Source: a virus (Duplodnaviria > Heunggongvirae > Uroviricota > Caudoviricetes). Taken from it: DNA of 64,000 bases. Below the pieces are notes generated by a model, which was not told the DNA's origin, made no database searches, and was given only the letters and a program-made list of their open reading frames with translations. The stretch's first letter is position 1, and each line of letters begins with the position of its first letter. A program made the position numbers and the translations under genes. Below, piece after piece: positions 26,437 to 34,306 of this stretch. The stretch is taken from the IMG/VR virus record IMGVR_UViG_3300031555_002005; one strand, given 5' to 3'.

Positions 26437-27064
26437 TGCACTCAAGGGCACTACAGATGTTACCGATATTAGAAAACTCATATCGCCCTCGTAAATACTA
26501 AGAATGGTGCGAAGTATTTACACAAATCTCACGCAACACTACTTATTGCAGTAAGTTGATTGAATAAAGGTGTTGCTTATATAGGGGAGTCGTTCAAAGG
26601 AAGGACTGTAGTCTCCAAAACTACCAATGGGATATCGTGATTCTCCTCCCCTGCCAAGTAAGTGATACTTAAATACTGCAGAATAAAGGATTTGCCTTCC
26701 AGGGAACTGTGCCTGCATAGATCCCGTTTACTGGTGTTGATGCCAAAGTACACGGTGCAGTAGCCAGCTGATAAAGCCAACAACAAAGATTGGCCGCTTG
26801 TTTCGTGCGGCATATAAAAGTGAAACTCGCTAGTCACAGTGTGAACCTGAAAAAGATGCTTCGTCAAAAGCTTAAAATGGCATCGCTCTTCAATAATTGG
26901 CGGTTGTTGGAAATCTAAAGAAAGGAAATTATGTATCATGTGGAAGACTTTTAAAAAGAGACTTTTTGATGCTATTGTTGAATACGGTAAGTTTGTTCAG
27001 TTTATGTATTCCTAATAGCGTTATTAAGTGGATCATTGAGCCTAAAAAGCTTAATGATTCCCTC

Positions 27065-27093
27065 TTGACAAATCTTAAAACATGTGATATAAT
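27065..27093 (+). promoter_or_regulatory. sigma-A-type promoter
   Basis: TTGACA-N17-TATAAT, followed by the conserved element and tRNAs. Confidence 0.55.
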
Positions 27094-27128
27094 TCCTTCA
27101 GTTCAAAGGAACAATACAAAATTAATAT

Positions 27129-27216
27129 TGGGGATTCGCCTAGAGGCTAAGGGCGGCGGGCTTTGACCCCGTTTGGAGAAATCCTATCGTGTGTTCGAAT
27201 CACACATCCCCAACCA
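27129..27216 (+). tRNA. tRNA (anticodon UUG, Gln-like) with an atypically long variable arm
   Basis: Acceptor TGGGGAT/ATCCCCA; anticodon loop CTTTGAC; T-arm GTGTG-TTCGAAT-CACAC. Confidence 0.5.
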
Positions 27217-27219
27217 TAT

Positions 27220-27296
27220 AGAGCCGTAGCCAAGCGGTTAAGGCATCAGACTCTGACTCTGACATTTCATTGGTTCAAATCCAATCGGCTCTACCA
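27220..27296 (+). tRNA. tRNA-Gln (CUG), CCA encoded
   Basis: Acceptor AGAGCCG/CGGCTCT; anticodon loop CTCTGAC. Confidence 0.7.
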
Positions 27297-27322
27297 TTAT
27301 TTATTTGACATTAAAGAAGTGA

Positions 27323-27922
27323 TTGACATTGGCGAAACATGTAACTACAGAAGAAATAGCAACAAGAATAAAAAATACTTTTAAACAAAATGTTTCATTA
27401 GTTGGAGAATATAAGAATAAACGATCAAAATTAACATTACATTGTAATGATTGTGGACATGAATGGGAATCTCCATCAAGTAGTGTTATATATGGAGATA
27501 GACACGAGTGTCCTCGGTGTGGAAGACATGCAAAACAATTGAATGAATTTCAATGTACAAACTGTGGACAAGTTGTGTATCGTAAAGATTCAGACATTAA
27601 AAAGAATCAAACAGGTAATTTCTTTTGTTCTCAACAATGTGGAAATGAGTTTAAAAATCGAATACGAAAAGAAAGTGGAGAATGGGATAACTCGTTAAGC
27701 TATAGACGGAAAGCATTTGAAACTTATGAACATTTATGTTGTGTATGCGGTTGGAATGAAGATGAAAGAATTTTAGAAGTTCATCATAAAGATGAAGATC
27801 GTACAAACAATATGGTAAATAATCTATGTATTCTATGTCCTACATGTCATAGAAAAATAACATTAGGATATTATGAATTAACAGATGATTTCAAGCTAGT
27901 TGATAAAAATCAAAAGAATTAA
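27323..27922 (+). CDS. HNH homing endonuclease (start uncertain)
   Basis: EVHHKDEDRTNN...CPTCHRK; N-terminal CxxC pairs. Confidence 0.65.
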   Translation: MTLAKHVTTEEIATRIKNTFKQNVSLVGEYKNKRSKLTLHCNDCGHEWESPSSSVIYGDRHECPRCGRHAKQLNEFQCTNCGQVVYRKDSDIKKNQTGNFFCSQQCGNEFKNRIRKESGEWDNSLSYRRKAFETYEHLCCVCGWNEDERILEVHHKDEDRTNNMVNNLCILCPTCHRKITLGYYELTDDFKLVDKNQKN

Positions 27923-27925
27923 TAT

Positions 27926-28003
27926 CCGGTAGTGGCCAAATTTGGTAAGGCTCTTGATTTGGGTTCAAGAAATTTGCACGTTCGAGTCGTGTCTACCGGA
28001 CCA
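27926..28003 (+). tRNA. tRNA-Pro (UGG), CCA encoded
   Basis: Acceptor CCGGTAG/CTACCGG; anticodon loop TTTGGGT. Confidence 0.75.
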
Positions 28004-28028
28004 CAAAAAATAACAAAAGGAGATTTTT

Positions 28029-28202
28029 ATGCTAGAATTTGGAACAACTGTAACCGATACCAACACTGGATATTCAGGTAAGATCACCGCACGTGCAGAG
28101 TATAATATTGGTACAATTTTGTATCTGGTCGAAAGCGTTGATACAACTGGTAGACCGATTGAACAGTGGATTAACTCTGAAAGAATTGAAGTAGAAATTT
28201 AA
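28029..28202 (+). CDS. hypothetical small protein (57 aa)
   Basis: AAGGAGA RBS. Confidence 0.5.
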   Translation: MLEFGTTVTDTNTGYSGKITARAEYNIGTILYLVESVDTTGRPIEQWINSERIEVEI

Positions 28203-28212
28203 AAAATACCCC

Positions 28213-28240
28213 TTGACAAATCAGAATTATATGATATAAT
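28213..28240 (+). promoter_or_regulatory. sigma-A-type promoter for the tRNA-like cluster
   Basis: TTGACA-N16-TATAAT, then the conserved element. Confidence 0.5.
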
Positions 28241-28269
28241 ACAAGCAGTTCAAGGGAACAGTACAAAAT

Positions 28270-28560
28270 TAATAAAGGCGCACACAGCAAATTTACTATA
28301 TGGTTAAAATTTTTTATGTTTGTGTTAAAAAATGAGAAGGTTCAAATCCTTTAAAAATTTCATGCGCCTTGACAAAAAAAGACACTAACAGCAACTTTAT
28401 TAACTATACAATTTGGGCTTGTAAATATTGTTAATAGTGTCTTGAATATGGGAACGTCCGGTGGCAGTAAATAAGTGCATGGAGTGGGCAGCACACACAG
28501 CAATTTTACTTAACAATTTCTGGAAAAAATTGACTCCTTGGTTCAACTCCGAGGGTTCCC
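28270..28560 (+). ncRNA. three hairpin-enclosed RNA units, each carrying a CACANACAGCAA(A)TTT motif
   Basis: 8-bp closing stems AAGGCGCA/TGCGCCTT, AAGACACT/AGTGTCTT, AGTGGG/CCCACT. T-arm-like GGTTCAAATCC inside unit 1. Confidence 0.35.
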
Positions 28561-28582
28561 AAAAATCCCACTAACTTAATAT

Positions 28583-28712
28583 GCGGAAGTAGCTCAGCTG
28601 GGAGAGCAATAGTATTTATTTAAAAATGTGTTTAGATTAACACTAACAGCAATTTTTATTTAAAGAAGAAGTTGGGGACTATGGGTCGTAGGTTCGAGCC
28701 CTACCTTCCGCA
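28583..28712 (+). tRNA. interrupted tRNA: 64-nt anticodon loop carrying the ACAGCAATTTTTA motif
   Basis: Acceptor GCGGAAG/CTTCCGC; D-arm GCTC-AGCTGGGA-GAGC; anticodon stem ATAGT/ACTAT separated by 64 nt; T-arm GTAGG-TTCGAGC-CCTAC. Confidence 0.5.
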
Positions 28713-28724
28713 TCAACTAAATAT

Positions 28725-28852
28725 GCCAGAGTAGCTCAGTTGGTAGAGCACGTATATATCAACCAACGTGGTATGAAAATTTCACGCACAGCAATTTTAA
28801 TGATTCTTGCCTTTTAAGCACGTTGTCGTGGGTTCGAGTCCCATCTCTGGCA
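28725..28852 (+). tRNA. interrupted tRNA: about 55 extra nt between the D- and T-arms carrying the ACAGCAATTTTA motif
   Basis: Acceptor GCCAGAG/CTCTGGC; D-arm GCTC-AGTTGGTA-GAGC; T-arm GTGGG-TTCGAGT-CCCAT. Confidence 0.45.
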
Positions 28853-28862
28853 AACTTTATAT

Positions 28863-28981
28863 GGCGCAATGGTGTAATGGTAGCACAACGTAATAATTGA
28901 GGTTTGTTAAAATCTTAAACTGCAATTTTACAATGCATGATCACGCCGTAGGTTGAAGTTCGATTCTTCATTGCGTCTCCA
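28863..28981 (+). tRNA. interrupted tRNA-like: about 45 extra nt carrying a CTGCAATTTTA motif; CCA encoded
   Basis: Acceptor GGCGCAA/TTGCGTC; D-arm GTGT-AATGGTA-GCAC; T-arm TGAAG-TTCGATT-CTTCA. Confidence 0.4.
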
Positions 28982-28997
28982 AATTAACAATTAAATA

Positions 28998-29118
28998 AAG
29001 GCACATACAGCAATTTTAAATTCTGAAGCAGCCATTTTGCTTTGTAGTATAACTGGTTAGTACGCAGGACTGATAATCCTGAAATGCTGGTTCGAGTCCA
29101 GTCTTTAAAAATGTGCCT
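28998..29118 (+). ncRNA. 9-bp-stem-enclosed unit: the motif plus a tRNA-like 3' three-quarter (anticodon arm CAGGA-CTGATAA-TCCTG, T-arm)
   Basis: Outer stem AAGGCACAT/ATGTGCCTT; no canonical acceptor pairing found. Confidence 0.35.
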
Positions 29119-29353
29119 TGCAATTAAAAGAGAGACGAACAGCAAATTGATTGAATTAAAGAAGATAGAAAACTTATTTACTAATTATTGTTGTTTTATT
29201 TATGTATTAGATTATTTATCACTTTTAAGTCTCTCGAATAAATAAAATCTCCAAAGACGCTAACAGCAATGTACGACTTGACTGCAAATCAATAATCGTA
29301 AAATGCGTCTTGGATTTTAGTAATAAAATCAAAACTTTTAGGAGGAACAAAAA

Positions 29354-30907
29354 ATGGAATTTATGAGTGCAGTTAGACAGACTCTCAATAATGAGTACAA
29401 TGTGTCTATCACTGAGAACGGCGCAGTTGGTTATAGAACCACTGGCAAGGAGCTGCTTGACCTGAACTTTGCAGTAGCATCTCTTCGTAAGATGACCGAT
29501 GCAGAAGTCGCAAAGAGATTCAAGAAGGCTTTTTGTGAAGATCAGGTTCTCGCAATGAAGTGGCTGTTCTACGCAAGAGACGTTCGTGGTGGTTTGGGTG
29601 AGCGTAGACTGTTCAGAGTTGTTCTGGCAGATCTGGTACAGTCCAATCCTGAAATGGTTATTCCTGTCATGAATCTGATTCCTGAGTATGGTCGCTACGA
29701 TGACCTGTGGTGTCTGTTAGATGACAAGGAAGCAGCTAATGTGATTTATCAGATTGTTGATAATCAGCTGAAGCGTGACTGGGAAAACATGGCTTCAAAG
29801 AAGCCTATTTCTATTCTGGCAAAGTGGATGCCTTCTATCAATGCATCTTCTGCTAAGACCAAGGAATACGGAAAGAAGCTGTGCAAGGCTCTGAAGATGA
29901 CTGAGCGTGAATACCGCAAGGCTCTGAGCAAGCTTCGTGCATATCTGGATGTTGTTGAAGTTAAGATGTCCGATAAGAACTGGTCTGCAATTAAGTATGA
30001 AGCAGTTCCTTCTCGTGCAAATCTGATTTACAACAGCGCATTCCTGAGAAATGACGAAGCAAGACGTAGAGAATATCTTGGCCAGCTTGAAAAGGGCGAG
30101 ACTAAGATTAACGCATCTACTCTGTTCCCTCACGATATTGCTCATAAGTATACTAACAACTCATGGGGTCGTGGTCTAAAGGCAAAGGATGCAACCATTG
30201 AAGCTCTGTGGAAGGCGCTACCTGACACTGTAAATGGCTGTGGTAATACTATTGTTGTTGCTGACGGCTCTGGTAGTATGACTTGCACTGTTGACAATCA
30301 CTCTCGTGTTACTGCACTTGAAGTTGCAAACGCACTGGCAATTTACTTTGCTGAGCACTCTTCTGGTCAGTTCAAGGATAAGTACATTACTTTCTCTGAA
30401 AGACCTCAGTTTGTTGACTTCAGCAATTGTAAGACTCTGCATGACAAGCTACACACTGCACTAATGCATAATGAAGTTGCAAATACTAACATCGAAAAGG
30501 TGTTTGATTTGATTCTGACTTCTGCGGTCAATAACCATATGCATCAGGAAGATCTTCCTCAGAACATCCTGATCATCTCTGATATGGAGTTTGATAGCTG
30601 TGCAACTTCTGGCAATGTTGATCGTTGGAGCTACCGTAACAGACCTACTCAGAAGCTATTCGATGTTATCGCTCAGAAGTACGCAAGAGCAGGTTACAAG
30701 ATGCCTCGTCTGGTATTCTGGAATGTAAACTCTCGCACTGGTACTATTCCTGTAAAGGAAAATGACCTTGGTGTGGCACTGGTCAGCGGTTTCTCTGTAA
30801 ACGTTGCCAAGATGGTCATGAGTGGCAAGACTGATCCTTTCGAGTGTCTGCTTGAAACTCTGAACTCTGAGAGATATGCTCCTGTTGAGGAAGCTTTAAA
30901 TCAGTAA
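29354..30907 (+). CDS. vWA-domain protein (DUF2828-like; possibly a Ro60/TROVE-related RNA-binding protein)
   Basis: MIDAS motif VVADGSGSM in the C-terminal half; helical N-terminal domain; GGAGG RBS. The family assignment is from memory. Confidence 0.5.
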   Translation: MEFMSAVRQTLNNEYNVSITENGAVGYRTTGKELLDLNFAVASLRKMTDAEVAKRFKKAFCEDQVLAMKWLFYARDVRGGLGERRLFRVVLADLVQSNPEMVIPVMNLIPEYGRYDDLWCLLDDKEAANVIYQIVDNQLKRDWENMASKKPISILAKWMPSINASSAKTKEYGKKLCKALKMTEREYRKALSKLRAYLDVVEVKMSDKNWSAIKYEAVPSRANLIYNSAFLRNDEARRREYLGQLEKGETKINASTLFPHDIAHKYTNNSWGRGLKAKDATIEALWKALPDTVNGCGNTIVVADGSGSMTCTVDNHSRVTALEVANALAIYFAEHSSGQFKDKYITFSERPQFVDFSNCKTLHDKLHTALMHNEVANTNIEKVFDLILTSAVNNHMHQEDLPQNILIISDMEFDSCATSGNVDRWSYRNRPTQKLFDVIAQKYARAGYKMPRLVFWNVNSRTGTIPVKENDLGVALVSGFSVNVAKMVMSGKTDPFECLLETLNSERYAPVEEALNQ

Positions 30908-30958
30908 ACTGGTACACGCAAGTGTCTTGTTTAAATAATCCAAAGGAGGACTTTGCCT

Positions 30959-31006
30959 ATGATTGTATCAGCTAATTCCAACTTGGAGGATTGTCCACCA
31001 GCTTAG
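30959..31006 (+). CDS. conserved 15-codon mini-ORF (MIVSANSNLEDCPPA), copy B
   Basis: GGAGGA RBS; about 75-nt conserved element shared with 25893-25975. Confidence 0.4.
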   Translation: MIVSANSNLEDCPPA

Positions 31007-31073
31007 GTGGAGTCCTGGGTAAGACTTAAAACTGCCCATTCAGACATTAACAGCAAACAATAATTACTTGGTT

Positions 31074-31148
31074 GCGAGGTTAGCTTAGCTGGTCTAAAGC
31101 AATAGATGTGAAAATCTATGATCACTGGTTCGAACCCAGTACCTTGTG
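31074..31148 (+). tRNA. tRNA-like with a non-canonical (6- or 8-nt) anticodon loop; identity undetermined; no CCA
   Basis: Acceptor GCGAGGT/ACCTTGT with G-U pairs; D-arm GCTT..AAGC; ATAGA-TGTGAAAA-TCTAT; T-arm ACTGG-TTCGAAC-CCAGT. Confidence 0.4.
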
Positions 31149-31176
31149 TTTAAGTGATAATGTCTAGTTTCTATAT

Positions 31177-31254
31177 TGCGGAGTGGACAAGAGGTCTAAG
31201 TCGCCAGCCTCATAAGCTGGAGGTCGCTGGTTCGAATCCAGCCTCACGCAACCA
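31177..31254 (+). tRNA. tRNA-like with CAU anticodon arm; acceptor stem imperfect (possible pseudo-tRNA or mis-parse)
   Basis: CCAGC-CTCATAA-GCTGG; T-arm GCTGG-TTCGAAT-CCAGC; acceptor pairs only 5 of 7. Confidence 0.3.
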
Positions 31255-31257
31255 TAT

Positions 31258-31344
31258 GCCGCTGTGGTGGAATCGGTAGACACCAGGGACTTAAAATCCC
31301 TTGCTGACAACAGCGTACGAGTTCGAGTCTCGTCAGCGGCACCA
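31258..31344 (+). tRNA. tRNA-Leu (UAA), CCA encoded
   Basis: Acceptor GCCGCTG/CAGCGGC; anticodon loop CTTAAAA; long variable arm. Confidence 0.8.
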
Positions 31345-31379
31345 TAAAAAATATTGGCACTTTGAAAGGAGAAATTAAA

Positions 31380-31538
31380 ATGCCTGTATTTTATATTTTA
31401 GTCATTCTCGCAGCGTGTCTGTTGTGGTTCTTACTAGCTTTTATGTTTAAGCCAATGGGAAAGCTTGGACATAGAATCTGGAAAGATGCAGTAGATGCAA
31501 TGAATGAGGATGATGAAAACGAAAACAAAAAGGAGTAA
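31380..31538 (+). CDS. small membrane protein (52 aa)
   Basis: AAGGAGAAA RBS; hydrophobic N-terminus. Confidence 0.5.
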   Translation: MPVFYILVILAACLLWFLLAFMFKPMGKLGHRIWKDAVDAMNEDDENENKKE

Positions 31539-31544
31539 AAACAA

Positions 31545-32465
31545 ATGAGAAAAGGTAGTATTGGCGCAATTCTTCTGGCATTTCTGATCTTTGGTGGACT
31601 GCTTCTATGTCTAGCATGCACAGAAAAGATTCCGACTGGTTATGTTGGTGTTGTTTACAACATGAGCGGTGGCGTAGATGGTGAAGTGCTTTCCCAGGGC
31701 TTCCATATCGTAGCACCCACTAAGAAGGTAACCACTTATTCTGTAGGACTAGAGCAGAGTTATCTGTCTTCTGAAGATGTTGGCGACTCCCCGAAGGATG
31801 AAAGTTTCAACATTCCTACTTCTGATGGTAAGACTGTCCGTGTAAATCTAGAATTCTCTTATCGTTTTGATTCCGAGCGTGTTGCAGAAACCTTTACTAT
31901 GTTTAAGGGTAAGTCTGGTGAAAACATTAAGGAAACCTTTATTAAGCCCAAGGTAATGGCATGGACTCAGGAAGTTTCCGCAAAGTATCCTGTTACAGAC
32001 ATTTTTGGTGACAAGCGTACTGCTATCAATGCAGAGCTAGACATTTATCTGCGTGAAAAGTTTGCACCTTATGGCATTATTATTGACACTGTAAACTTTA
32101 CTGACATTTCTGTTGACAATGAAACTGCCGCAGCAATTCAGAAGAAGGTTAATGCACAGCAGGAACTAGAGCTTGCAAACATTGAAGCAGAAACTGCAAA
32201 GATTCAGGCCCAGAAGGACAAAGAGGTTGCACGTGTTCAGGCAGAAAAGGACAAGGAAGTTGCCGCTATTAAGGCAGAGCAGAAGATTATTGCAGCCGAA
32301 GCAGATGCCGAGGCACTAAGAATTGCATCTGAAGCAGAAGCAGAAGCAAACCGTGAGATCGCAGCTTCTCTGACTCCTCAGCTAATCGAGAAGATTAAGT
32401 ATGAGCAGTGGAATGGTCAGATGCCCAAGGTCACTGGTGGCAGTTCTATTGTAAGTATTGATTAA
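31545..32465 (+). CDS. SPFH/band-7 (prohibitin/HflK-like) membrane protein
   Basis: N-terminal TM; SPFH core; Ala/Glu-rich coiled-coil repeats. Confidence 0.7.
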   Translation: MRKGSIGAILLAFLIFGGLLLCLACTEKIPTGYVGVVYNMSGGVDGEVLSQGFHIVAPTKKVTTYSVGLEQSYLSSEDVGDSPKDESFNIPTSDGKTVRVNLEFSYRFDSERVAETFTMFKGKSGENIKETFIKPKVMAWTQEVSAKYPVTDIFGDKRTAINAELDIYLREKFAPYGIIIDTVNFTDISVDNETAAAIQKKVNAQQELELANIEAETAKIQAQKDKEVARVQAEKDKEVAAIKAEQKIIAAEADAEALRIASEAEAEANREIAASLTPQLIEKIKYEQWNGQMPKVTGGSSIVSID

Positions 32466-32485
32466 AACTAAATTGAGGTAACACA

Positions 32486-32749
32486 ATGAAGAAGAACAAG
32501 CAGGATATTCTCACTCTAAAGACTCAGGAATATGCATCTGCGGCAAAGGAAGCAGAAAATGCAGTGTCTATGGTTTCTACTGCTATGAATCGTCTAAAGG
32601 CAGCAAACCATAGAATGGAAAGCAACATGAAGGACATTCGAGAGTATTGTACCAACATGATGGCTATTCATGATCAGATGGGCAAGGATCATGCCCACAA
32701 TGAAGCAGTTATTTCCAACTTTTCTAAGCTGCTATGCATTGAAGAGTAA
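32486..32749 (+). CDS. hypothetical protein
   Basis: GAGGTAA RBS. Confidence 0.55.
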   Translation: MKKNKQDILTLKTQEYASAAKEAENAVSMVSTAMNRLKAANHRMESNMKDIREYCTNMMAIHDQMGKDHAHNEAVISNFSKLLCIEE

Positions 32750-32756
32750 TTAAATA

Positions 32757-32780
32757 TAGGGGTGTTTTACACCCCTAAAA
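32757..32780 (+). terminator. rho-independent terminator
   Basis: AGGGGTG-TTTTA-CACCCCT. Confidence 0.6.
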
Positions 32781-32858
32781 TATTAATAACAGGCTCATAT
32801 TATTTACAACAAAATGCAAGTTCGAGTCTTAAATAAATTTTAAGCGGGTGACAAGAAC

Positions 32859-33704
32859 TTGAAAAAATTTCATATCATTTGTGCACTAATATTGATTATT
32901 ACATTAATTATTGGTTGTGCACATGTACCAAATAATAATAACATTTCAAATAATATAATAGAAACAACAGTTGTTGAAACTGAAATTCCAGCAACAACAG
33001 AAGCAGAATACACTTTCTTTAATCCAGATAGCATATTTTCATATGAATATATTTATGATGGAGAAATTATTCCACATATTTTATTTACGCCTTCAATAAG
33101 TGATGAAAGTAGACCAAAGCCATTAATTGTATGGCTACATGGAACTGGCGAAAGAAATGCAAATAAGCTAGATTTTTTACTATCTGGTCTACCTTTAACA
33201 ATCAACATGTGGTTAACTGATGGATTTGATGCTTATGTTCTATGTCCACATCTAACTGGTAAATGGAATATTAGCGTTTGGAATTACATTTATTCAGCAG
33301 ATAATTTAAAATTATTATTGGATAAATTTATCAGTGAACATAATGTAGACACAGGCAATATTGTTATTGTTGGTCACAGCTTAGGCGGTCAAGGCGCACT
33401 ATATATGGCACATCAGTTGCCAGAGTATTTTTCTAAATGCGTTGTTCTTAGTGGATATCCAGCAGGAATAGATATTTCAGAAATCAAAATACCTACTATC
33501 GGATATGTTGGACAATATAACTGTGGAGAAAGCCGTGACAGCATTAATTATATGATGAACTATTTCGCCCCAGTTTTCGGAGAAGAAAATACATTTAGCA
33601 TTCCAACTTCTCATGGTAAATTACCATTTGTAGTTTTCAATCAGGATGTTGATGATAATAATAGATCAGATGTTATTGAATGGATGTTTGATGGCATTGA
33701 TTAA
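32859..33704 (+). CDS. lipoprotein alpha/beta-hydrolase (esterase-like)
   Basis: Lipobox LIIGC; GHSLGG nucleophile elbow; TTG start. Confidence 0.6.
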   Translation: MKKFHIICALILIITLIIGCAHVPNNNNISNNIIETTVVETEIPATTEAEYTFFNPDSIFSYEYIYDGEIIPHILFTPSISDESRPKPLIVWLHGTGERNANKLDFLLSGLPLTINMWLTDGFDAYVLCPHLTGKWNISVWNYIYSADNLKLLLDKFISEHNVDTGNIVIVGHSLGGQGALYMAHQLPEYFSKCVVLSGYPAGIDISEIKIPTIGYVGQYNCGESRDSINYMMNYFAPVFGEENTFSIPTSHGKLPFVVFNQDVDDNNRSDVIEWMFDGID

Positions 33705-33707
33705 TAT

Positions 33708-33792
33708 GCAGGTGTGTATGGAATGGTAGACAGGGTAGACTCAAAATCTACTGGCATATGCCGTGTGGGTTCGAATCCCACCACCTGCACCA
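33708..33792 (+). tRNA. tRNA-Leu (CAA), CCA encoded
   Basis: Acceptor GCAGGTG/CACCTGC; anticodon loop CTCAAAA; long variable arm. Confidence 0.75.
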
Positions 33793-33957
33793 AATCCCAA
33801 AGCTGACAGAGCGCAGGGGTGAACTTGATGATCCCGTCAGCAGGGCCCGAGCTAAGCCGGGAAGGAAAGCGGCGCTTTTCGGTGAAGTGCGACGCCAAGG
33901 ATATATCTGGAGAACTGTGTTCTCAATTTAAGGGTTATATCAAACCGAATTAAATAT

Positions 33958-34049
33958 CCAGCAATGGCGAAAATGGTAAACGCAGTCCGCAGTAGGATTG
34001 CCTGATAGCGCAGTCGGGCATGATAGTTCAAGTCTATCTTGCTGGGCCA
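33958..34049 (+). tRNA. tRNA-like with an enlarged 25-nt anticodon loop; CCA encoded
   Basis: Acceptor CCAGCAA/TTGCTGG; D-arm GCG..CGC; stem GTCCG/CGGGC separated by 25 nt; T-arm GATAG-TTCAAGT-CTATC. Confidence 0.35.
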
Positions 34050-34089
34050 GAATTAAATTAAAAAAAACAAAAAAGGACGGTAACAAATT

Positions 34090-34290
34090 ATGCATTACGA
34101 ACTACCCGCAATGGAGCGACATGCCATGGAAGAACGAATTAATGAGCTTGAATCTATGCTCAAAGCTATGCAGTCTGATTTTGCAAAGAGCGCAAGAGGA
34201 ATTTCTCCGTGTTTCTTCTGTGCCAAAGATGATAGTTGTCAGTGTGTAGACGATAAAAAGTGTGAGTTTGTATGGGAAAAGCATAATTAA
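34090..34290 (+). CDS. hypothetical Cys-containing protein
   Basis: ORF with a weak RBS. Confidence 0.35.
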   Translation: MHYELPAMERHAMEERINELESMLKAMQSDFAKSARGISPCFFCAKDDSCQCVDDKKCEFVWEKHN

Positions 34291-34306
34291 TTAGGAGGAA
34301 ACAAAA

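Noticed and set aside
28369-28400. Additional TTGACA-containing promoter inside the tRNA-like cluster
   Set aside because: TTGACA is present but there is no -10 hexamer at 16-18 nt; the nearest TATACAAT is too far.
22858-29120. Group I self-splicing introns in tRNA genes
   Set aside because: The inserts are 18-80 nt, far below the roughly 200-nt minimum for a group I catalytic core.
22858-29120. Hammerhead ribozyme inside tRNA inserts
   Set aside because: I could not find the CUGAUGA...GAAA core with three flanking helices in any insert. CTGATAA...GAAA at 29065-29085 is just an Ile-type anticodon arm. An Rfam scan is still needed for twister and HDV-like/theta ribozymes.
29354-30907. Calling the vWA protein a bona fide Ro60 orthologue
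   Set aside because: Only the vWA/MIDAS half is recognisable by eye. The TROVE assignment rests on my memory of the DUF2828 family and needs profile or structure confirmation.
33793-34049. tmRNA or RNase P RNA
   Set aside because: The tRNA-like 3' end has a D-arm, which tmRNA lacks. There is no tag-peptide reading frame ending in a stop preceded by an ...ALAA-type codon pattern. The RNase P P4 consensus (AGGAAAGUCCGG) is absent.
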